Assembly: GCA_963840455.1 (NCBI GenBank)
Contig: CAWIYV010000002.1
Span: forward strand, 1 to 19,148
DNA length: 19,148 nt
Direction: 5' to 3'
Source: Nitrospirota bacterium
GTDB lineage: Bacteria; Nitrospirota; UBA9217
Part shown: piece after piece, positions 1 to 7,352 of the stretch
Layout: the number at the start of each line of letters is the position of its first letter
Position numbering within the stretch: position 1 is the first letter of the stretch
Notes under the pieces: model-generated
Told to the model about the DNA's origin: nothing
Databases searched by the model: none
Seen by the model: only the letters and a program-made list of their open reading frames with translations
Position numbers and translations under genes: made by a program

Positions 1-39
1 ATTACAAGAACCCGGTATTTCCCCGCACCCTTTAATTCA

Positions 40-68
40 ACAATACCTTACTATTTTGAAAAATTCAA
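40..68 (-). promoter_or_regulatory. Putative sigma70 promoter for a gene beyond the left edge
   Basis: Minus strand reads TTGAAT-17 nt-TATTGT and lies downstream of the acs terminator. Confidence 0.45.
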
Positions 69-207
69 GCAGGCAGAGTGCGATTGTCTGTCCCAAATAA
101 GCGACGACCGAATACGGAATAGACCTGCAGAGAATAAGAACCTGGATCGTTCCCGGCTGAGCGGATCAATCTTTGTCAAATAGAAATTCTCCCGGTGAAG
201 GAGGGGT

Positions 208-247
208 AGAAAAGAACAGGGGACCGGTTTGACAAAACCGGCCCCCT
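208..247 (-). terminator. Intrinsic terminator of acs
   Basis: Stem AGGGGGCCGGTTT / AAACCGGTCCCCT (one G-U pair) followed by GTTCTTTTCT, about 35 nt after the acs stop. Confidence 0.8.
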
Positions 248-280
248 TGAGGAGAGAGCGAGGATGCTTCGATTGCTACC

Positions 281-2264
281 CTACAGCTTTCCCTTCACCA
301 GCGAATCGACCACCGACGGATCGGCCAGCGTCGACGTGTCGCCGAGCTCGTCGACCTGGTTATGCGCGATCTTCCGCAGGATGCGCCGCATGATCTTGCC
401 GCTCCGCGTCTTGGGCAGGCCCGGCGCGAACTGAAGCTTGTCCGGCGTGGCGATGGGGCCGATGACTGTCCGCACGTGGCCCACCAGGATCTTCTTCAGG
501 TCATCGCTCGGGGTCTGGCCTTCCTTGAGCGTCACGTACACGTAGATGCCCTCTCCCTTGATGTCGTGGGGATAGCCCACGACCGCGGCCTCGGCCACGG
601 CGGGATGGCTCACCAACGCAGACTCCACCTCGGCGGTGCCGAGGCGGTGGCCGGACACGTTGATCACATCGTCAACGCGGCCCATGAGCCAGTAGTCCCC
701 GTCCTCGTCGACCCGCGCGCCGTCGCCGGTGAAGTAAACGCCCGGGTAGGTCGAGAAGTAGACCTCCTTGATGCGCTTGTTCTCGGGATCACCGTAGGTG
801 CCGCGCAGCATGCCGGGCCAGGGTTTTTCGATGACGAGCTTGCCGCCCTCGTTTACCTTGGCGGGCGTGCCATCGTCCTTGAGGACACGGGGAACCACGC
901 CGAAGAACGGCCTTGTCGCCGAGCCGGGCTTGGTGGTCATGGCGCCGGGCAGCGGCGTGATCAGGATGCCGCCCGTCTCGGTCTGCCACCATGTGTCCAC
1001 GATGGGAAGCTTCTCGCGGCCCACGTTCTTGTGGTACCACATCCAGGCCTCGGGGTTGATGGGCTCGCCCACGGAGCCGAGCACCTTGAGGGCTCGACAG
1101 GTCGTGGTTCGTGACCCATTTTTCGCCTTCCTTCATCAGGGCGCGGATGGCCGTCGGCGCCGTGTAGAAGATGTTCACGCGGTGCTTGTCAACGATGTCC
1201 CAGAACCGGCCCGGGTTGGGATAGCTCGGGATGCCTTCGAACATGAGGCTCGTGGCGCCGGCGGAGAGCGGTCCGTAGACGATGTAGCTATGGCCCGTCA
1301 CCCAACCGATGTCGGCGGTGCAGAAGTGGATGTCCTCATCGTGATAATCGAAGATGTACTTGAAGGACAGGTTGGTATACAGCATGTACCCCGCCGTGGT
1401 GTGCAGCACTCCCTTGGGCTTGCCTGTGGAACCGGACGTATACAGGATGAACAATGGGTCCTCGGCGTCCATCTGTTCGGGCTCACAGTACAGGCCGATG
1501 CCGGGGGCATTCACTTCGTCATGCCACCACGTGTCGCGGCCCGGCTCCATCGGCATCTTTCCCGTTGCGCGCTTGACGACAATGACGTTCTTGACCGTCG
1601 GGCACTCGTTCAGCGCTTCGTCTGCGTTCGCTTTGAGCGCCACGAACTTGCCGCCCCGCATGCCTTCATCGGCGGTGATAAGCAGCGACGACTGGCAGTC
1701 CTGAATGCGATCGATCATGGACTTGGCGGAGAACCCGCCGAACACGATGGAGTGGATGGCACCGATGCGGGCGCAGGCCAGCATGGAGATCGCGAGCTCC
1801 GGGATCATGGGAAGATAGATCGTCACCCGGTCGCCCTTCTTGATCCCTTTCTTCTTCAGCACGTTGGCGAACTTGTTCACTTCCATGTACAGCTGCTGGT
1901 ACGTGAAGGTCCGGTACTCGCCTCCGTCGGCCTCCCAGATGAGCGCTGCCTTGTTCCGCGTAGCGTTGTTCACGTGCCGGTCGAGGCACTGCACCGACGC
2001 GTTCAGTTTCCCGCCCTGGAACCACTTGATGTAGGGCTTGTGGAAATCGTAGTCCAGCACCTTGTCCCATTTCTTGTACCACGTCAGGTTCTTCTCGGCC
2101 TGCTCGGCCCAGAACTTGTCCGGGTTCTCCACCGACGCCTTGTACATCTTCTCGTACTCGGCCATGCTCTTGATGTGCGCCTTCTCGCTGAAGGCCTTTG
2201 ACGGAGGAAAGGTCCTTTTCTCCGTCGACAATACCTCGATGCCTTTCTTTTCATCCTTTGCCAT
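281..2264 (-). CDS. acs: Acetyl-CoA synthetase (acetate--CoA ligase), split by one extra base at 1090-1092; about 660 aa if corrected
   Basis: Motifs [57 protein letters not shown] and [12 protein letters not shown] (acetylation Lys). ORFs 789..2264 and 281..1084 join as HDLSS|[10 protein letters not shown] when one C is removed from AGCCCTC. SD AAGGAGG precedes the ATG. Confidence 0.95.
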
Positions 2265-2353
2265 TCGGTATCCTCCTTATATATAGCAAATTAAGGGTTG
2301 AGATCCCCTTGTATGTTCCTTAGGTTCCAATACGATGTAATAGAAAAGCTTTC

Positions 2354-2406
2354 ACCAAGAAGTTCACGAAGAGGTCCTTCAAATCTCCATCGTGAGCTTC
2401 GCGCGA
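2354..2406. repeat. Degenerate REP-like inverted repeat (ACCAC-family, copy 1)
   Basis: ACCAAGAAGTTCACGAAG ... ATCGTGAGCTTCGCG; 11-bp stem GAAGTTCACGA/TCGTGAGCTTC with one wobble; shares GAGCTTCG with the copy at 4143-4230. Confidence 0.5.
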
Positions 2407-2433
2407 GTCAAAATCAGCGTGAGTCGTTATTCG

Positions 2434-3675
2434 TTACTTTTTTTCAACCAGCAACCCGAGCCTCCCCGCCAGCCACTTCGTCGTCGTCGCCTGGATAAGG
2501 ATCGTCATCAGGATGGCGATGAACGTGAGCGACGCGATCGCCTGGCTGCCCGGGGCTTTCATGCCCACCAGCATGCCGGCCAGCGCTGCCGGGATGACGC
2601 CGGTCTCGCGGGTCCAGCACATGAACAGCAGTTCCCTCATGCTCCACTTCGCCCGCCGGTCGGGCCCCGCGCAGAGGAAGACCGTGAGAGGCCGCGCGAC
2701 GAGCATGAAGATGACGACCACGGCCACTCCGCCGGCAAGGTGTTTGCCGATGAGGCCGAAGTCCACCTGGGCGCCCAGCAGGATGAAGATGAACATCCGC
2801 ATGATGAACGCCGTCGTCAGCACGAACTCCTCGAGCCGTTCCTGTTCGTGGTCCTCCATCTTGAATCCAAAGGTGTCCTTGTTCCCGATCACCATGCCGA
2901 AGACGAAGACCGCCATAAAGCCGCTGGCATGCAGGCCGTCGGCGCCGAGATACGCGCCGATCACCGCCATGAGCGTTACGAGTGGCGCGTACTCCACGAG
3001 AAAGTCATACTTTTCGTGGGCGATCAAGAACGCCGCACAGTAGCCCAGCACGCCGCCGGCGATGATCCCGAGGGCGGACTCCCAAAGCAGGTCGAACAGC
3101 GCCTTCCCGATCGAGAAGCTCCCGGAACCCGTGGCGATGCCGAGGATGGAGAAGGTGACGATGGCGCCCATGGCGTCGTTGAACGCCGACTCGCTCATCA
3201 CGGTTTGGGCCACCCGGTCCTTGATGTGCACCTGTTTGAATATGGGAACGAGCGTTGCCGGGTCCGTGGAGGCGATCGTTGCGCCAAGGAGCATCGAGAT
3301 GATGAGCGGCGCGCCGAGGATATAGTGGGCCGCGAACCCGGTGACGATGGTCATGATCAGAACGCCTATGGTCGCTATCACCACGATCGTGATCCAGACC
3401 TCTTTCAGGACCTTGAGCCGGAGCGAGGCCCCGCCGTCGAACAGGATATAGCTGGAACCGAAGATCAGGATGATCTGGTTCAGCGTCGAGTCTGCGCTGA
3501 TGTCGATCATCGGAAGGACCTCGGGCCCGAGCAGGATGCCGGTCAGCAGGAACACCACCACGTCCGGCACCTTGAGCTTCTGCGCGGCCAGGCCAGACAG
3601 GGCCCCGGCAGCCAGGATGATGCCGAACACGAGCAATACATGTTTGGCAGACTCAATAGAAGCGGATGACTCCAT
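2434..3675 (-). CDS. CPA1-family cation:proton antiporter (NhaP/CvrA-like)
   Basis: 413 aa, highly hydrophobic; motifs ILFDGG, ASTDPA and ESAFNDA; SD GGAGG. Confidence 0.9.
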   Translation of the reverse strand: MESSASIESAKHVLLVFGIILAAGALSGLAAQKLKVPDVVVFLLTGILLGPEVLPMIDISADSTLNQIILIFGSSYILFDGGASLRLKVLKEVWITIVVIATIGVLIMTIVTGFAAHYILGAPLIISMLLGATIASTDPATLVPIFKQVHIKDRVAQTVMSESAFNDAMGAIVTFSILGIATGSGSFSIGKALFDLLWESALGIIAGGVLGYCAAFLIAHEKYDFLVEYAPLVTLMAVIGAYLGADGLHASGFMAVFVFGMVIGNKDTFGFKMEDHEQERLEEFVLTTAFIMRMFIFILLGAQVDFGLIGKHLAGGVAVVVIFMLVARPLTVFLCAGPDRRAKWSMRELLFMCWTRETGVIPAALAGMLVGMKAPGSQAIASLTFIAILMTILIQATTTKWLAGRLGLLVEKK

Positions 3676-3789
3676 CGTCCTCCATAGAAGACCTTTAACA
3701 CCGTGTTTTCAACGGTCGAAAGACCGATTGTTAGACTGTTCGTAGTTTTGTAGTGTATCGGAAACGGAACACCCTTGCCCCAACCCCTG

Positions 3790-4098
3790 TTATTTCACGG
3801 GCGGCGGCGCAAAAGCGATGATCAAAGCGATCCTGATCACGATAATGAAGAAGATGGAAAAGAACGGTATGCACCCGTTGATCTTCCACCACATGGTCCC
3901 CTGTTTTTCCTGCGGCACCTCTGCGAAGGGCACGATGACCCTGACCACGTTATAGACCGGGTCGGTGACCTTCTGGAACAGGCCGGTAATGAAATTCTGC
4001 CCCCCGCCTGTCAAGAGCGTTACGACCACCCTCCCTATGATCATCCACATGAAGAATGAGAGCGTATAGTTTATAGCCTGAAAGAGTATGATGTTCAT
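3790..4098 (-). CDS. YggT-like small membrane protein
   Basis: 102 aa; TM segment, then NFITGLFQKVTDPVYNVVRVIVP (resembles the YggT N-P...TEP...R..IP pattern), then a C-terminal TM. Confidence 0.65.
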   Translation of the reverse strand: MNIILFQAINYTLSFFMWMIIGRVVVTLLTGGGQNFITGLFQKVTDPVYNVVRVIVPFAEVPQEKQGTMWWKINGCIPFFSIFFIIVIRIALIIAFAPPPVK

Positions 4099-4142
4099 GA
4101 GATATGCGATCCACCTGTGAGGAACAAGATCAAAATTTATCT

Positions 4143-4230
4143 ACCACAAAGTACAGATCGTTCACGAAGGACACAACCACCTTGATATCCCTGTTCCTGC
4201 ATTTTTCTTGATCGGCCTGAGCTTCGTGGT
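4143..4230. repeat. REP-like inverted repeat (ACCAC-family, copy 2)
   Basis: Arm 4143-4168 ACCACAAAGTACAGATCGTTCACGAA versus the reverse complement of 4205-4230 ACCACGAAGCTCAGGCCGATCAAGAA: 19/26 identical. Confidence 0.7.
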
Positions 4231-4260
4231 CCGAACGATCTTATCTCGTAGCAACCAGCC

Positions 4261-4299
4261 AAAGAAAGCAGGCAGCCCTGCCCTTGCGGGGCTGCCTGC
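4261..4299 (-). terminator. Intrinsic terminator after the actP-like gene
   Basis: GCAGGCAGCCCCGC-AAGG-GCAGGGCTGCCTGC (one mismatch) followed by TTTCTTT. Confidence 0.8.
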
Positions 4300-4315
4300 G
4301 ACACAGAACAGCGAA

Positions 4316-6325
4316 TTACTCTTCGTGAGCCTGCGCGGCACCCTTCGGGATGCGAACGCTCTCGACGAAGTCCTGCAGCTCCTGGCTCGGCGGCGCCGTC
4401 ATGCGGGAGACCACATAAATGGCGATGAACCCGAGCGGAATGCCGAAGAGCCCGGACGAGATGGTCCGGATGCCCCAGATATCGAGGCCGTAGAACCGGC
4501 TGCCGACCATGTAGATCACGCAGGACAGGAAGCCGATCCACATGCCGGCGAGCGCGCCGGCCTTGTTGGACCGCTTGTCCCAGATGCCCATCACCAGCGC
4601 CGGGAAGAACGAGGCCGCGGCAATGGAGAAGGCCCAGGCCACGAGCTCCACGATGATGGTCAGCTTGAAGGTAGCCACATAGGCCGAGATGAGGGCCGTG
4701 ACCACCAGCAGGACGCGGGAGACCGTGAGCCGCTTTATGATCGACGCGTGCGGGTCGATCATCTTGTAGTACAGGTCGTGGGACAGGGCGTTCGAGATGG
4801 TCAGGAGCAAACCGTCTGCCGTGGAGAGCGCAGCGGCCAGGCCGCCGGCAGCCACGAGACCGGAGATCACGTACGGCAGGCCCGCGATCTCGGGCATGGC
4901 AAGCACGATGGCGTCTGCGCCGATCGTGAGCTCATAGAACTGCAGGATGCCGTCGCCGTTGATGTCCTTGAAGGCGACGAGACCCACCTTGCCCCAGTTC
5001 GCCATCCATTGCGGCAGGTTGGCGATGGGCAAGCCGATGATGTTCGACAGCACTTCATTCCGCGCAAAGGCCGCGTAGGCCGGCGCGGTGAAGTAGAGCA
5101 GGAAGATGAAGAACAGCGACCAGCCCACGGAGATGCGCGCGTCCTTCACCGAAGGAACGGTGTAGTACCGCATCAGGATATGAGGCAGGCCCGCGGTGCC
5201 CACCATGAGGCAGAAAGTGAGCGCCAGCATGTTCTTGGCATCGAGCCGCGCGAAGGGCTGGAGGTAAGGTTTGATCGGCTTGGATTTTCCGAGCGCTGCT
5301 GCTTTGGCGGCAGTCCATTTTTCCTTCGCCAGATCAGGAGTTGCCGGGAGAGCCTTCAATGCCTTGTCAAGTTTATCCTTCTCTGCCGCGTCCGTCGCAG
5401 CCGCCATCTTGGCGTTCAGGTCGGCCTTCTTTGCGTCAAGGCTGCCGGGCAGACCCTTGATATCAGCATCAAGTTTGTCCGCTTCGGCTTTCCAGAGGCC
5501 CATGACCTCGATCTCTTTCGGATTGGCATTGATCGCCTTTTCCTCAGCGTCGATCCTCTGGAGGACCTGGCCGTACATGATCTCCGGGATCGGCACACCA
5601 GTCACCCGCTGGGACATCACGACCGGCGGAACAAGATAGGCGATGATCAGGATGATGTACTGGGCAACCTGCGTCCAGGTGACTGCCTTCATGCCGCCGA
5701 GCATGGAGCAGACCAGGATGCCGCCGAGGCCCACGAACACGCCGATGGAGAAGTCGAGGTTCAGGAACCGGCTCATGATGATGCCCACGCCCGTCACCTG
5801 CGCGATCAGGTAGGTGAACGACGCCGTGATGGCAGCCAGGATGCCGATGGAGCGGGCGGCATTGCCGCCGTACCGGGCGCCGAGGAAGTCGGGGATGGTG
5901 TACTGGCCGAACTTCCGGAGGTAGGGGCCAAGGAACACGGCGAGCAGCACATAGCCGCCGGTCCAACCCATGATGTAGGCGAGGCCGTCATAGCCGAGGC
6001 CGAAGATGGTGCCGGCCATGCCGATGAACGAGGCCGCGGACATCCAGTCCGAGCCGGTCGCCATGCCGTTGAAGAACGCCGGCACCGAGCGGCCGGCCAC
6101 ATAGTATTCCGAGATCTTCGCCGTACGCGACGAGATACCGATGACCGCGTAGAGGCCGATGGTGATGCCCATGTACACATATCCGATCATGATGTTCGAC
6201 ATGCCGAAATACTGCTCGGCGATGGCGAGGAAGATCACGAATAGAATGAACCCTCCGGTGTACATGGCGTATATCTTAGCCAGATTGTCGAGAAACGATT
6301 TTCCGCCTATTCCTGATGTGGCCAT
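4316..6325 (-). CDS. actP: Sodium:solute symporter, ActP/VC_2705 subfamily (probable cation/acetate symporter)
   Basis: 669 aa; YYVAGR, NGMATGSDWMSAASF, GGMKAVTWTQVAQY, GTAGLPHILMRYYT and AAALSTADGLLL motifs; located with DUF4212 and acs. Confidence 0.88.
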   Translation of the reverse strand: MATSGIGGKSFLDNLAKIYAMYTGGFILFVIFLAIAEQYFGMSNIMIGYVYMGITIGLYAVIGISSRTAKISEYYVAGRSVPAFFNGMATGSDWMSAASFIGMAGTIFGLGYDGLAYIMGWTGGYVLLAVFLGPYLRKFGQYTIPDFLGARYGGNAARSIGILAAITASFTYLIAQVTGVGIIMSRFLNLDFSIGVFVGLGGILVCSMLGGMKAVTWTQVAQYIILIIAYLVPPVVMSQRVTGVPIPEIMYGQVLQRIDAEEKAINANPKEIEVMGLWKAEADKLDADIKGLPGSLDAKKADLNAKMAAATDAAEKDKLDKALKALPATPDLAKEKWTAAKAAALGKSKPIKPYLQPFARLDAKNMLALTFCLMVGTAGLPHILMRYYTVPSVKDARISVGWSLFFIFLLYFTAPAYAAFARNEVLSNIIGLPIANLPQWMANWGKVGLVAFKDINGDGILQFYELTIGADAIVLAMPEIAGLPYVISGLVAAGGLAAALSTADGLLLTISNALSHDLYYKMIDPHASIIKRLTVSRVLLVVTALISAYVATFKLTIIVELVAWAFSIAAASFFPALVMGIWDKRSNKAGALAGMWIGFLSCVIYMVGSRFYGLDIWGIRTISSGLFGIPLGFIAIYVVSRMTAPPSQELQDFVESVRIPKGAAQAHEE

Positions 6326-6607
6326 TTATTCTTCCTCCTCTTCCACGCCGTATTCCTTGTCCGCCGCGTTCATCTTGAAGGCATACCAGAAGATCAGGAT
6401 CACGAAGATGATCAGCGAACCCTGCGCGCCCATGTAGTAGCCGAAGGGGAATCCGGCAATCACGATGTTGTTCAACTGGGGCGAGAAGAAAATCGCCACA
6501 TAGGTCACCACGAACCAAATGATCATGATGATCGTCGTCAGCCGCACGTTGTACGTCCAGTACGCTTTCAACTTCTCTTTGTCGAGACCTTTTAATTCCT
6601 TTGCCAT
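6326..6607 (-). CDS. DUF4212 family small membrane subunit of the solute:sodium symporter
   Basis: 93 aa; AYW..N, GFPFGYYMGAQGS and MNAADKEYGV motifs; stop abuts the symporter ATG (TAAATG); SD AAGGAGG. Confidence 0.9.
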   Translation of the reverse strand: MAKELKGLDKEKLKAYWTYNVRLTTIIMIIWFVVTYVAIFFSPQLNNIVIAGFPFGYYMGAQGSLIIFVILIFWYAFKMNAADKEYGVEEEEE

Positions 6608-6683
6608 TGTTCAACCTCCTTCATTGAGTTTTGGACCCTGAGATTTGGACCTTGAATTGTGTTTTCCCCCTCACCTCCTCCCC

Positions 6684-7352
6684 TTATGGTTTCGCAATCC
6701 GCAGCAGGTCTTTCACCGTCCTGACGCCCAGCCCCGGCAACAGGCTCAGGAACCGCTGAAAGAGCTGCGCCGTGATGAACGCATCCATGAGCGCGTTGTG
6801 CGCCGCGGCAACCGGGATATGATATTTTTTCGCCATGCTGAACAGGTCCTTGTTCTCTTCCGTGCTGCCGTAATTCCTGCGGAAGCCGGTGTCATGGTCC
6901 TGCACCCAATCATTCACCCGCATCGTGTCAGCAACGGGCTGCGTGAACCTCGTGCCGTACAGCCGTTTCATCTCCTTGTTCAGGAAGCCCAGGTCCAGGG
7001 ACAGGAAATGCCCCACGACCACCGCACCTTTGCAGAACTTCAGGAAGTCCTCAAGCACCACACCGATGCTGGGCTTGTTTGCGACCTCCGACGGTGTGAT
7101 GCCGTGTACCACGATGCTTGCGGACCTGAGCGCCGTTTCGGGGCTCACCATCTCGTAGAAGGTCTCGCCGAGGAGGATCCTGCAGCCCTGCATGCCGACA
7201 GCGCCGACAGATACGATGGAGTCCTTCCGGCTGTCGATCCCCGTGAGTTCGGTGTCCATGACTACATACCGGGCTGCTTCTATGGGCGCCGCAAGGTCGA
7301 CGCCGGTGTCCGCGGCCGGCCTGCGCATGAACAGCCCCATCAGGTTGTTCAC
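6684..7352 (-). CDS. DEDDh 3'-5' exonuclease (DNA Pol III epsilon-like, stand-alone)
   Basis: ExoI VMDTELTG, ExoII VGHFLSLD, ExoIII HNALMDA; GTG start overlaps the upstream TGA (GTGA). Confidence 0.9.
   Translation of the reverse strand: MNNLMGLFMRRPAADTGVDLAAPIEAARYVVMDTELTGIDSRKDSIVSVGAVGMQGCRILLGETFYEMVSPETALRSASIVVHGITPSEVANKPSIGVVLEDFLKFCKGAVVVGHFLSLDLGFLNKEMKRLYGTRFTQPVADTMRVNDWVQDHDTGFRRNYGSTEENKDLFSMAKKYHIPVAAAHNALMDAFITAQLFQRFLSLLPGLGVRTVKDLLRIAKP

Noticed and set aside
789-1091. Arg-rich C-terminal tail of the 491-aa ORF
   Set aside because: Out-of-frame read-through after the acs frameshift, not a real domain.
3711-3755. Hairpin CGGTC-GAAA-GACCG and minus-strand ACTACAAAACTACGAA as an ncRNA or another repeat copy
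   Set aside because: Too short, has no partner arm, and matches no riboswitch consensus I recognise.
6684-7352. Calling this gene dnaQ
   Set aside because: Its context and coupling to DUF294 argue against the replicative proofreading subunit.
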